Positions 1 to 12,517 of a DNA stretch of 58,573 nt are shown in pieces. The notes under the pieces were generated by a model that had not been told where the DNA came from, ran no database searches, and saw nothing but the letters and a program-made list of their open reading frames with translations. The number at the start of each line of letters is the position of its first letter. Within the stretch, counting starts at the first letter, position 1. This stretch comes from Alloascoidea hylecoeti (Eukaryota), in contig BCKZ01000003.1 of NCBI GenBank assembly GCA_001600815.1, positions 1,413,474 to 1,472,046 of the forward strand, read 5' to 3'. The position numbers and the translations under genes were made by a program.

Positions 1-1103
1 TAGCATTGATCTATTTCGGTGTTGTCCAATGAATAAACTGAATATTCTTTTGTCGTGTCTGAAAGAAGTTCTGGGCTAAATAGGGAAAAAAACGCGAAAA
101 ATAAGCTTGTTAGAATCCTTTCTCAATAATTCTCATAAGATTAATTAGCATACCTTGACTTTGTGACGGATAATATACATGATCTGATATCAGTTGCTCC
201 CACACTATGTTGGGGGGTATCGAAAACGCGAACAAGGACAGGGCTGGCTGTTCGTGTCACACAATTCGTATTATCCATAGAGTATAAAATCTTCACTAAA
301 AAGATTATAAAAAATGGTAAGAGAGAACAATTTCAAACAATTTAATAGTCATTGGCGATTCACTTACATCTCATGTATCGTCGTGAAGTACCAACTTTGT
401 TCTTGTTGATGTCCGCCATTTTTTTACGAGTGAAGTAAAAGAAAGAAAGGTAAAAAGAAAATCATAAAATAAACATGGTGGTTTGAAATATAGTTAATGC
501 ATACCGCGGAAAATTACCGTACTGGGACTCCAGCAGAAAACTTGAAATGACTTGCTCCAATATCATGGGCTTAGTTTTCAATCACAATTTTAATAAGCCT
601 GGAAAATTTTTATTTTAACCGAAATTCTAAATCTTTTTTCCAATTAAATTAAAAGCTCAAGTTAGAGATAGGAGCCATTTGTTAAGAAAATATACCAAAT
701 GATGTATGTAACTGTGCATAATGAAGTTATAGGATAAGATCCGACATCGACTAAAAACTACAGTTTAAACAATTATCTATATTATAACTTTTAAAGATTT
801 ATTTGTATTCATCAAGTCAAAAATAGTCCAATTAGTAATTAATTAAAGTAAAAGTCCTTAAAGATAAGATATAACAACACAAACAAAGAACATGATCCCA
901 TGAAACATTTATTGAAAAATAGTACAGCAGACACATCGCTAATTATTGAAATAATTGAGAAAGTTTTCATTTTGCAAAAAAAAGATCATAGGTGATACAT
1001 TATCCAGAAATATCAGACATTTGAATTCAAAACATAAAAAAAAAAAAGCAAAAATTATATAGAATTGTCATTATTAAAAGATAATGTTTATTAATATTAT
1101 ATT

Positions 1104-2800
1104 TTAGATCAACACATTTAAGATAAACGAAGACGCGATTACGAAAATGCTGGTTGAAACAAGAGCACCATTATTTGAAGAACCCGTGGTATTAGCCTTA
1201 CCAGTGGACTGTTGGAAGCCACTATCATCATCATCCGAAGATGAAGAAGAAGTAGATTTGGAAGATGATGAGCTCTTTGAGGAGTCACTATCACTGTCAT
1301 TACTGTTATCACCTCTTGAAACATCATTACCACTTCCACTACCTGTTGGAACACCATTGACAGCACTTGTTGTTTTGGAAGATGAACTCTTGCTACTTCC
1401 GGAGTCGCTTGAACTAGAGCTGTCTTCATCCTCTTTACCATAATCAGGATTAAAACCAGTGGCAGCAAATGATCCTAGAATAGTGCTGTCATCTGTTATC
1501 TCAACATTAGATTGGTTTGCATTGATGTTATTGAAAACATAAGAACTTGAACCACTTGTTGATGTACCACTAGGGGCGTCGTAGCATTCGATTGAAACTT
1601 CATCAAGGACAGCATAATAATAACCATATTTCGTGATATCCTCAGCATCCCAATTTATCTCACCACCTGCCCAGGCGATTGTTCCTTCCGCATTACTTGC
1701 CAAACCACCGGGCCATAATGAAATTTGAACTCTTGAGGGTGTTTGAGGATAGTGATACTGCTGTGTAGTACTATTCCATGTGTCTGACTTATTTAAGGTT
1801 CTTCCAACTTCCCCATCAACACTCCATGTAATTTGATCTTCTGTCCAGTCAACTTCAAAACTATGTTCATTTTCAAAAGTATCAGTTGTTGTAATATTAT
1901 AAGAATTGATAGTATATGTTGTTATTTCAATTTTAATTAACTTATTTCATGCTTACATATCCGATATGCAGTGCAGATCAATCATCAAATGATCTACATA
2001 TGTTTCAGATTTATATTAAACTACATGCCTTGCATATTAGATATGCAGGGGTTACGTGGTCATTCATATACTACAGCAAGCCCCTTAATATTATTGCCAC
2101 CTCCTTATTATTATTTAGCCTATATAGTTACATATATAAGACAGTTAAATCCATTGGATTTAACTCTCTACTTTTTCTTATTCCTATTTAATATACTATT
2201 TACTTTATCTTTTTTACTCTATCAGTTTTACCGATTAATAGTATAATCTAGAATACCTTGATAATAATAATTTGTTTGCATCTTTTCAGTATCTGCTCCA
2301 ACATTTTCAAAATCGACTTCATCCTTAACATCAGAGAAAAGAATAAAGGCTGTTACAACACCTTTCAAATGAGATGTCTTTAATTTTGCAGTGATTTTAC
2401 CATACCAAACATAATGAGTTGATGAGATAACAGAACCACCTGTATTGTTGGGCATTTGAACTAACAGATTTCCTTTATAATTTGCAACATAACCTGAATA
2501 AATCCAATCATATTCACTAGCATTTCCCAAATACTTGGTGTTGGAGATTACACTGCTTGTTGAAAATTGTGTGTCGACGTTTTTACAAACAGGCATTGGC
2601 ATGCAAGCAGTCAAATTGTATGACATTCTCGGATCACAACCACCAAGGCAGTAGGCACCTGTACCACATTCACCATACTGTGAACAACAAGGAAGATCCT
2701 CTGGACATTGGTCGGTTAAACTGCATGAAGTAGTGGCCAGGGCACTGCCCAATAAGAGTGATGAGTACGCTAACGATAGAAGGGGCTTCAAATGGACCAT
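1104..2800 (-). CDS. UTR2: GPI-anchored GH16 chitin transglycosylase (Utr2/Crh2 type); reading frame interrupted by a 324-bp insertion at 1917-2240
   Basis: ATG at 2800 (MVHLKPLL..., signal peptide). Cys-rich chitin-binding module (CPEDLPCCSQYGECG), GH16 catalytic motif DEVDFE, then YPQTPSRVQISLWPGG, a Ser-rich stalk and a hydrophobic GPI signal. Removing 1917-2240 plus one copy of the duplicated GTATA restores one frame: GILDYTINSYNITTTDTFENEHSFEVDW. Confidence 0.88.
1917..2240 (+). mobile_element. Solo-LTR-like insertion (324 bp) with 5-bp target-site duplication GTATA
   Basis: Starts TGTTG and ends TTAATA (degenerate ...CA end). Flanked by GTATA at 1912-1916 and 2241-2245. Contains TATATAAG followed by a perfect 11-bp hairpin (2143-2165) and a pyrimidine-rich tract. 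Length is typical of yeast LTRs. Confidence 0.7.
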
Positions 2801-4218
2801 GGCGAACGATGGTTTTACAATCAATATCAGAAGTAAGTACAATGAAAAGAAAGAAAAAAGGAAAAGAAATCAATTAAATATAAGAATTTTATTCCTGACT
2901 TGAAGAAGGAATTGTCCGAACCTGGCATACTAATAATAGAAAATTGATACAGATTACAGCAAGTTAAGACGCCTTCGAACATATTTTTGTCATCCGACTG
3001 CCGAACAACAATACTAATAATATTTTTACTAGGATTGTTCTAAACGTTGAGTCAACTTCAGAACACTGATAATTTGACATTCTATACTTTCTTTGATTTA
3101 ATGCTTTAATGTAGGATTTAGGAATGCAAAACTTCAAGCTTAAAGCTGCAACAATTGGACATTTCAAAAATGTCTTACGATGATAAGATTAGGTGGTCAT
3201 GAAAATATCTAACCGAACCTCGCAAAGTGATACGATCTGAAGCCGAAAAAGAACGAAGCACGCGGCTATGAATTAGATCGCAACATCTTGATTAGCATTT
3301 TCATGATCAATATATACATTTCGTATGAATCTTGGAATATATATATAAGATTTTAGTATAACTGTCGATATATGTTATCTCCAAAGCGTATATACTATTC
3401 TTTATAATTATACATTCATTTTGCTACCATTCCTAATTATTTAAGCACCGCTAAACATTTCACAATTGTGTTGGCCATATACATCTATTTTTACGCTTGT
3501 CCATGGAGGCGGTCTCAAACCATAATATAACATATTATGCCATAGCGCTAGCATATATATATATTTTCTCAATTACAAAATTTGAGTCGAAAGCTACTAT
3601 AATCTACCTTCCTGGATCAAAAAACATGCAATTGCAATAAACCTGAGAAGCAATCAACCGAGAAAAGATTTGGACTTTTTAACCATACAAATTTGAAACC
3701 ATCCATTTATTTGCATTATAGCGCTAATATTAGTGTCACAAAATTAACGAAGTTGAAATTTATATAAGACATACAGTACCATAGTGCAGCTCGTTATCAG
3801 CAACTAATGGAAATTCTTGTATAATAAGAAAAATTATCGGTACGTGACACAAATTAATTCGCCAAGTTATACACCGAATAAACTATACGGTTATTGCTTA
3901 TTGCATTACAACTATCTAGCGAATATTTATTGTGAAATTCAACGAAAAAGGATTGTAAATGAATAATTAATTAATTTAAAGTTTTTACGAAGAAAACAAA
4001 GCAATACAATCTTTGGAAGTTAACTAAGAATACTTTTTAAGATGATTGCATTATTTATCTACATTGTTTTTATAGTTGCATACCTGTACCTTACCAATTT
4101 CTCTATACTTCAGAAATACGAATCTAGTCCATTGCATGACTATGGTTTCTAAGGATGATATGCCAATATTTCATAAATACAATCAAGTTAAATTACATTA
4201 ATAGAAATACTATATGAC

Positions 4219-4480
4219 ATCACAAGATAGTGAATTAATCCTTCACCTAATAAGTCATTGGCATTCCATTCTCACTTCAGTACCCTACCCAGAACTTCAA
4301 GGTATCACTGTACTTCTACTTTCGGGACTCACATTAGTCATTAATATGGTAAATACAGTGTGTAGATGAGTAACTTATATAGTAAATAGATAAAACTTTC
4401 CTTTAATAAATCTCATCCGTTTGAATTCTTAATCTACTATCTCAATATAAAATGTCCCTGACTATTATTTGTATGTTACA
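4219..4480 (+). repeat. Dispersed LTR-like repeat, homologous to 54870-55016 (opposite strand)
   Basis: CATTCCATTCTCA...TACCC...AACTTC...ATCACT...TACTTCTACTT...GGACTCA...TTAATATG.TAAATA aligns with the reverse complement of 54870-54990. This copy ends GTTACA and the other begins TGTAAC. Boundaries are approximate. Confidence 0.45.
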
Positions 4481-4535
4481 AACACCTAGCTATCGAGGGT
4501 TGATATTATTTTCAAAATCCAATTTCAAGATTAGA

Positions 4536-5798
4536 TTATAAATGTTTTAAATATTTTTTCCTTAAATTTGCACTATAATCATAAATCGTAGCAGAACAGC
4601 CTGTAGTACAAACAACCATTCGTTTTGAATCAATATAAATTAATGGAATACCGGTAATATTTAGATATAAGTTTTTATATTCTTTTAATAATTTATGATC
4701 ATCTAAATCCCGAATCCTAATAGTATTATCATGATCAACTGAAAGGATTCTATTATCATTTATAGATAAAATTCTTGCTTTTTGATCTGATAAAATATCT
4801 ATTAACTCATGTGATTGTAAATCCCAAACGGTTATTTTGTCCTTTTCACCAACAAATAAATATTTATCACTTATTTCCATGGAAAATACATGATCATACT
4901 GAAATTTTTGGATTAATTGACCAGTTTCAAGATTCCAGGTTGTTATAACTTTACGTGCTTCACTATATATAATTCCATCATGAATGGAAATATCGCCAAC
5001 ATACCTTTTTCCTTTTAAACGGTATAGAAAATAAAACTGTAGTTCATGTTCAGAATTATCAAAACTTGATTTCCAAACCTCAATGTAAGCATTTCCTCTA
5101 GTATGTACAATATAATCATTGTATGTAACGACATTCTTTATAAATATATTACCAGTTATTTCTTCTGGCCATGGTACTATCAAACGATATATTGGTTTAA
5201 AATCTGGTAATTTCCAAATTATACAAGACCCATCAAATGAACCAGATACCATATATTTTTCATTAATATCAATACAAGTAACTGCATTCAAATGAAATTG
5301 GACATTAATATTTTTTATTAACTCGGATATTTCCATTGTGGTTAAATGATCAAGATATGGTACATTTAATTGTGTTAAAATCTCTTTATCTGGTTCACCT
5401 AATATGCTTAAACAATGAGAGGTTTCAATATCCCAAATTTTGATTGCCCTTCCTGAACCAGCTAAAAACAAGTTTTTAAAAAATTTAACGCAATACGTAG
5501 GCATGGCGTATGAAAACCCATATAATTTATACTTTAAATATTTATCATTTTTCAAATTTAATTCTAAGAGATACCTTTCTTTATATAATTCATACCATGA
5601 ATCAGTTTCTGAATCATCATTATTGTATTTCCAATATTTTTGATCACGAAAGTTTGATCTCCATAAATTATCATTATCAGCAATTTCTTTCCAAGAATTA
5701 GATACTCTTCTACATTCAAGTAAAGTTGTAGATGACAAATTCAAGAAGATTAACTCAAATATTTCATTTGGGAGACCGGGAACAAGATCGATTGTCAT
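4536..5798 (-). CDS. F-box/WD40 protein, family copy 1 (intact)
   Basis: F-box LPNEIFELIFLNL...CRRVSNSWKEI, linker SWYELYKERYLLE, WD repeats (VSGSFDGSCIIWK), family C-terminus IYDYSANLRKKYLKHL. First ATG is at 5798; the ORF-track start at 5825 is TTG. Confidence 0.9.
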   Translation of the reverse strand: MTIDLVPGLPNEIFELIFLNLSSTTLLECRRVSNSWKEIADNDNLWRSNFRDQKYWKYNNDDSETDSWYELYKERYLLELNLKNDKYLKYKLYGFSYAMPTYCVKFFKNLFLAGSGRAIKIWDIETSHCLSILGEPDKEILTQLNVPYLDHLTTMEISELIKNINVQFHLNAVTCIDINEKYMVSGSFDGSCIIWKLPDFKPIYRLIVPWPEEITGNIFIKNVVTYNDYIVHTRGNAYIEVWKSSFDNSEHELQFYFLYRLKGKRYVGDISIHDGIIYSEARKVITTWNLETGQLIQKFQYDHVFSMEISDKYLFVGEKDKITVWDLQSHELIDILSDQKARILSINDNRILSVDHDNTIRIRDLDDHKLLKEYKNLYLNITGIPLIYIDSKRMVVCTTGCSATIYDYSANLRKKYLKHL

Positions 5799-6663
5799 CT
5801 CAAGATTTTTCTGTGAGGATAGCAATTGCTTAAGTGGTTTACTATCGTAATTATGGGTTGCTAGCTCCCGAGTGTTTCAGTAGAAAGTTCCGGGAAATAG
5901 GCACCCTCACTACATTATAAATGTTGCATGGGTTGCAATCGTACTAATATTTTTGTTACACAACCTCTTCAACAATTTAATTCAGTTGTCCAAGTTACCT
6001 TTGTTTTAAAAAAAAGTCTACAAAAATAGAATCATAAGGTGGTTTACAAATAATCTTATCATGTCTATTTATAAGTGACCCATTTGTTGTTATTGGGAAA
6101 GTCGAATGAATCCGACTCTGACCGACCCCTGGATAAAATTATCAAAAGTCCGAATTAATTCAGATTTATCAGCAGTGCAGTTTGCATTTTCAGAGTGTGC
6201 TGCTCTAATATCTCACCTTCCTGAAAACCTCAATTTTGTTTTTAAATTTATTACTCCACACGCACGATTGGTATTTAATTTATTCATCAAAAGATCTAGG
6301 AATGGCAAAGTCATTTTTAATCTTGTTAGGCAATAAATTAAGTAGTTCCAAACGTCGACTATCCTTTCCCACCTAAGGTATGGTGGTAGTATGTTAAAAA
6401 GAAAGTAAATTTACGTGTCACATATGCTGGAGGTATTTTCCCTCGGCTAAGGAAGCTACCTACCCATACCTCACCTTCTAATGAAAGTAATTTTCCAGAA
6501 TTTGTTTCCTCGCAGAGTAAGTATAGCCAATACTTCTGTTTGGGGTTTGAAGGAACACCGAGGCGGACGATACCGGCGTATATACGTATATACAGTGTAA
6601 GACTTGTTAAGCAACGATTAACTGGAGTTTTATTTTTAAATTTAAATATAACATTAGATTAGA

Positions 6664-7044
6664 TTATAAATGTTTTAAATACTCTTTCCTTAAATTTACA
6701 CCATAATCATAAATAACAATATTCCATTCCCAAGTTAAAACGGCTATTCTATGCTGTGTAAATTTATCATTTCTCCAATTTAATTCTAAGAGATAACCTA
6801 TATAGTTCATACCATGAACCAGTTTCTAATTCATCATTATAGTATTTCCAATATTTTGGATCTTTGAAACTTTGATTTCCATATATGACCATTATCAACC
6901 ATTCGTTTCCATGATTTAGATATACATATATACTCTTCTACAATTAAGTAGAGTCTTTAATAGCAAGTCTAAGAAGATTATTTTAGATATTTCATTGGGA
7001 AGATCGGACAAATGATCGATTCTAGTCTCAAGATGTAAAAACAT
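6664..7044 (-). pseudogene. F-box/WD40 family copy 2, with almost the whole propeller deleted
   Basis: Frameshifted F-box (DLPNEISKIIFLDL...ELNWRNDKFTQH) joined directly to the C-terminal RIAVLTWEWNIVIYDYGVNLRKEYLKHL*. Upstream flank resembles that of copy 1 (CCCGAGTGTTT...GAAATAG). Confidence 0.85.
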
Positions 7045-7249
7045 TTTCTAATTGCTCAAATAGTTAACGTTTAATTGTTGTTTAGTAGTCTTGTTTGGGG
7101 TTTTATCATGATCCTAACAAAATCCCGAGTGTTTATGGGAAGAAGATCCGAGAAATAGTTTGCTTGTACAAAATATTTTAATTAAAAAATACGTATTAAT
7201 TCAATAACAGTAAGTTCAATTGGAGTTCCAAAAACTGAATAAACATTTC

Positions 7250-7630
7250 TGATGGATAAACAATCTCAGAAACGGTTCACTGAAGCAGAAAAGAATGTAT
7301 ACCTTGAAAACCGATATTGGAATGAACTATGTTGAAATCTCTAAAAAATTATTTTCTTCACACGTTTAAATGGTCGAGATCCCTCCAAACTAAAACCTAA
7401 CCCGTGGCAGAAAAACACAAAATACAGCTCGCTCGGCAAGGCATTAGAACGTTTGGCGATTACTAACCGTGATTTGCCATTGGCAGATATCGCGAAGCAA
7501 TCTCCCGTGAAACAGTCCACCAATACAGTCCGGAGAAGTCTTGAAATCCGCTGGTATTAGGCGTCATAAAAAGGTTCATAAGATACCTTCGAAAAAGAAA
7601 CACATCAAGGCACGAAAGAAATCTAGAAAA
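7250..7630 (+). mobile_element. Tc1-like transposase N-terminal (HTH) remnant
   Basis: ALERLAITNRDLPLADIAKQSPVKQSTNTVRRS / LKSAGIRRHKKVHKIPSKKKHIKARKK (one frameshift) follows the Tc1 second-HTH pattern (TVRRRL..AG......KP.L...H..AR). Confidence 0.65.
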
Positions 7631-8286
7631 AAGTAGGATTTGTTCATGTCCATTACTGCTGTTGATAAAGAAAGCTGATTGATGAAAATTAGCTTGGTAC
7701 AGGATTGATCAAAGATGTATTTTACTCCGTTAGCCTTAGCTATCTGAATAATAGATGATGGTTGTTTGCCTAAAATAGAACTCTAATCCTTCGTACTAAA
7801 AAGGCTCAAGATGACCGTCACCTATAGTTGATAAGAACCATACTGTCTAAAAACGTATTTCATATCTGTGGCAAAATAAATTCAATGAATCAAAAAAAGA
7901 TAAAACAAAATATAAAAGAAAATTCAAATAATGAATATATAGCATAATCTCACAAATGAGTACTAAAAACGAAGCTGAAAATAATGGTTGGTTGAAGTTG
8001 AGACTAATAACTTAAACAGGGATAAGATAGTTTTGGATTGTGATATATTTTACTTGCTCTGAAAAGTTGTTCGAGAAACGTTTTTTAAGATGATTGTATG
8101 AAATACTAATATGTACATTTACTTATATAGATAGTTATATACCATCCATACTATGTGATTTTTTTATTGTTGCAAAGGTAATATTATAGTTCCATCCATA
8201 TTTCATAATTAGTGCCTCACAGGAGTGGAGAACCAGTAATCCAGTCTTATATCTGAAGGAACGCTAAGGGAGACTATAATGGTTAA

Positions 8287-9582
8287 TTATAAATGTTTTA
8301 AATATTTTTTCCTCAAATTTTCAGTAAAATCATAAATAACAACTTCACCTTCCTTAGTCAAAACAACTATTCTTTTTGAATCAATATAAATTGGTGAAAA
8401 AGGAACTGGGTCTGAATTTGAATATTCTTTCAATAATTTTTGATCATTTAAATCCCGAATCTTAATGGTACCAACATCACTAACATAAAGGATTTTATTA
8501 TCATTTATACGTAAAGTGTTTACGTTAGAATCTGATATAGTATTTATTAATTTATTTGTTTCTAAGTCCCAAACTGTTAGTTCGTAACAGTTATTAACAA
8601 ATAAGTATTGATCTTTCACTGTCATGCAAATTACTACATTATATCGAAATTCTTGGATTAATAGACCAGTTTCAATATTCCAGGTTGTTACAACATCACA
8701 TCCTTCGGTATATATAATATCATCATGGATGCAAATTCTATAAATGGTCGTTTCTCCTTTTGAACGATGTTGTAAATTAAACTGTAATTGATCATGATGT
8801 TCAAAATTAGCAATTGTAAAACTTGACTTCCAAATCTCAATATAAGCATTTCCCCTACAACATACAATATAATCATTGTATATAACGACATCATTTATAT
8901 ATATATCTTCACCTATACCTGTTGGTATTTTCAAAGAATCTATTGGTTTGAAATCTGGTAATGTCCAAATTATACAAGATCCATCAAATGAACCAGAAAC
9001 CAAATATTTATCATTAATATCCATACAACTGACTTCACCCAAATGAACTTTGGTATCAGTATCTTTTGTTAATTCCAATTTTTCCATATCTGATAAACTC
9101 TCTCTTATACTCTTAAGATTTGGTGTACCTAATTGTTTTAATATCTCAGGAGTAAGTTCCCCTAATACTCTTAAGCAACGAAAAGTTTCAATATCCCAAA
9201 TTTTTATTGTACCATCTTTTAAACCAGTTATAATCCAGTTTTTAAAACATTTACCGCAAAATACTTGAGTAGAAGGATCCTGAAGTTTATACTGTGTAAA
9301 CTTATCATTTTTCCAATTTAATTTCAAAGTATAACGATATTTATACAACTCATACCATGAATCGGTTTCTGAATCATCATTATAATATTTCCATGATTTT
9401 TGTTCTAGAAACTTTGATTTCCATATATAATCATTATCAACTATATGTTTCCATGATTTAGATACTCTTCTACAATTAAGTAAAGTTTTTGGTGGTAAAT
9501 CTAAGAAGATAATTTCTGATATTTCATTAGGGAGATCGGATACAAAATTGACTTCAATCTGAAGATCTTCGTGTAAGGACAT
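8287..9582 (-). CDS. F-box/WD40 protein, family copy 3 (intact, 431 aa)
   Basis: MSLH...SDLPNEISEIIFLDLP F-box; IITGLKDGTIKIWD and LVSGSFDGSCIIW WD repeats; ends IYDFTENLRKKYLKHL. Confidence 0.92.
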   Translation of the reverse strand: MSLHEDLQIEVNFVSDLPNEISEIIFLDLPPKTLLNCRRVSKSWKHIVDNDYIWKSKFLEQKSWKYYNDDSETDSWYELYKYRYTLKLNWKNDKFTQYKLQDPSTQVFCGKCFKNWIITGLKDGTIKIWDIETFRCLRVLGELTPEILKQLGTPNLKSIRESLSDMEKLELTKDTDTKVHLGEVSCMDINDKYLVSGSFDGSCIIWTLPDFKPIDSLKIPTGIGEDIYINDVVIYNDYIVCCRGNAYIEIWKSSFTIANFEHHDQLQFNLQHRSKGETTIYRICIHDDIIYTEGCDVVTTWNIETGLLIQEFRYNVVICMTVKDQYLFVNNCYELTVWDLETNKLINTISDSNVNTLRINDNKILYVSDVGTIKIRDLNDQKLLKEYSNSDPVPFSPIYIDSKRIVVLTKEGEVVIYDFTENLRKKYLKHL

Positions 9583-10785
9583 TTAGCAGTACTAGTGTAG
9601 TTGTTAAAATGGTTGTTATCTAATGTTTTTGTAGTTTTCACTAATATATTTTTTTTTTTTCCAATAAAAAATGGGAAGAAAAGAAAACGATTAGTACCTA
9701 ACAGATATACCCGGTTAATCTCCTGAATATGGTGTGTGACAAATCTACTTGTTTGTGGGTGAACTGATAAAGTGAGATCTGTGATATAATCTACGCCTGT
9801 TTCAGATATAAATTTACATGGTTTCTCTTCCCTATTCTCATGATACTCCGACCACCCTCTTTGACACCTTTACTTTAGATCTCTACAGGACACTTTCCGT
9901 ATACGGCTTTATACACTATCATTACCATTAGTGAGATTCCTTAATATAGTTGAAATAATTAATGAAGTTGTCTGTAATAGATGTAAGTTTATATATGGTG
10001 GCTTGAATAATAACATATACACCAGTAAAACATTATTTAAAATTTATATAAAAAGCTATTTACGGTGAGATACAATAGAATCTGAATGTTTGATTTATGG
10101 ATTTTACCAAGCAAAAGCTCTGAATTAATACTTATTAATAAATATGGAAGCTTCCCACTGATCGTGGCATAATGAAAAATTGAGTCTTATGAATGGACCT
10201 ATTTAACTCAAACCGCCAAATCTTCGAAACATTCTCAGACCATAAAAAGTTTAAAAGGGGAAAATATTGTGCAAAGATTATCAGGATAACAAAATTAAAT
10301 TGATAGTATTTATAATCATTCATCTTTGCTGTTGATTTTGTAATTCGTGGTTGCAACAGAACAATGTTGTGGTATTGGAGTATACAAACTCATCCAAGTA
10401 CTACGGTATAGATCAAGATTAATAAATTATTAAATGCTTCTTGTTTGTGAGTCAGAGAAAGGTTATAAGATATAAATTATTTATATATAAGAACGAGCTT
10501 TCTTTCGTCTGTTTACTCACCATCTTTGCTTATCCGAAGATGGCGATTTATGAAATTATTTAAAGCTTAAGTACTATCATATGTAGTTGTACATTATTTG
10601 GATTTCTCTATAAATGTTAATATGTTTTATATCTAAGGGATTAATGACGAAGGGCAAGTTTCCAACACTCAGTGCTTCACCAGTGTTGACATAACCAGTG
10701 ATCCAGTCTCGGGGCTGAAGGGTCGCCAAAGGAGACGATATTGTTGTTCAGGACTCGTTCAGAAACGATTAACTGGTGCATCATT

Positions 10786-11738
10786 TTAAAATTTCAATAT
10801 ATGATTAAATTGTAAATTTTTTAAATATTTTTTCCTTAAATATTTAAAATCATAAATAACAACATTACAATTGTTAGCCAAAACAATAATTCTTTTTGAA
10901 TAAATATAAATTGGTGAGCGAAGCCTAACGAGTTGATCCAAATTTGAATATTCTTTTAATAATTTTTGATCATTTAAATCCCGAATCTTAATAGTACCAA
11001 CATCACTAACATAAAGGATTTTATTATAATTTATAAATAAACAGTTTACTTTTCGATCTGGTAAAGAATTTAACAGTTTGGGATTTACAAACAAATAAGT
11101 ATTGATATTTCACTGTCATCATCATGAGTGCGGATTGTATAAACAGGCCCTTCTCCTGTTATAAAATGCTGTAATTTAAACTGTAATTTATCTTCAAAAT
11201 TGTCAGAATTTGAACTTGATTTCCAAACCTCAATATATGTTTCCCCCCTAAAACAATCAATATAATAATTGCATATAGCAACACCACATATATATATATT
11301 TTCACCTATTTCTCCTCGTGATATCAAGCGATCTATTGGTTCAAACTCTGGTAATTTCCAAATTATAGACCCATCCCCATGAACCAGAAACCAAATATTT
11401 GTTATTAATATCTATAGAACTAAAGGCACTTGATTGATAAAATGAGTTCTATTAAAAACTTAAAATTTGGTACTTGTTCATTTAATTGTTTTAAAATCTC
11501 AGGATTTGGTTCATCTAATAAAACAACGAAAGGTTTCATTATCCCAAACTTTTATTGTACCATCTTTTGAACCAGTTAACATCCAGTTTTTAAAAAATAT
11601 TTGTTTCCATGATTTAGAAACCCCTCTACAATTAAGTAAAGTTATTGCCGGGAAATCTGAGAAGATCATTTCCGATATTTCATTAGGGAGATCGGAAACA
11701 AAATCGGTTGTAGTCTGAAGATTTCTGTGTAAGGACAT
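10786..11738 (-). pseudogene. F-box/WD40 family copy 4 (internal deletions, frameshifts, stop codon mutated to CAA)
   Basis: Fragments at 11511-11738, 11085-11327 and 10786-11094 each match copy 3 (KILYVSDVGTIKIRDLNDQKLLKEYSN is identical). The upstream ~150 bp is also shared with copy 3. Confidence 0.88.
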
Positions 11739-12517
11739 TTAGCAGTTGTTAAAATGGTTGTTGTCTAATGTTTTTGTAGTTTTCACTAATATTATTGTTT
11801 TTCCTAGTAAAATATAGAAAGAAAAGAAAGAGGTTACGAATTTGAGACAGATACCCGTTTAATCTCCACAAATTTACTTACTTGTGGGTAAACTCTACTT
11901 TTATTTGCACTATTTAAAAACTGGTGATCATTGATATAGATTCCTTACAACGCTAAAATTAATGGCATTGTTTATAATACCACCGATATAATTAGTTATA
12001 ACCTATAAGCTAATAATATTTTTGGTATTTATATATTTAAATGCCTATTTTTATAATTAAAATGGTGTACAGCATATCGGATCGGGGGGATTCTGTCTTT
12101 GTGTTTCACCAAAGAGGAAGAAAGCCTTCTGGAACTCTTTCAACAACTTTAAGGGTATATGGTTTACTATGTATATACCTGTTCCTCACCATATACTCAA
12201 TGTTACTCATACAGGCCAAGCCTTGAGTCGGAGGTGGACAATAAGCCAATCCATATATAACTTATTTTCGGTAGGATTACCTCTACGAACAACTTCGGGT
12301 GCCAATCCCGGCCGAAAATTGGTTGAGGCGCCGATGATTTATGATCAGAATGGCCGATTTTAAGTGAAAATAACTTATCCTATTAATTTCGGTTCTTTTT
12401 TAAATTGAAATTTGAAAAATTAGAGGGAACATATATAACCTTAAAATTTAGGTTTAATATAATTTAAGCATATCTTGCAGATTTAATTACTATAGTGAAT
12501 AGTACAATCCCCACATA

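Noticed and set aside
1917..2240. Ordinary spliceosomal intron in UTR2
   Set aside because: No in-phase GT...AG pair at the boundaries restores the conserved protein; direct repeats and a TG start fit an insertion better.
1139..2246. Short ORFs 1139-1468, 1147-1443, 1949-2191 and 1971-2246
   Set aside because: Alternate-frame or antisense shadows of UTR2, or AT-rich frames within the LTR-like insertion.
10640..10780. Reverse transcriptase fragment (KGDDIVV)
   Set aside because: Too short and stop-ridden; only the nucleotide similarity to 8210-8278 is supportable.
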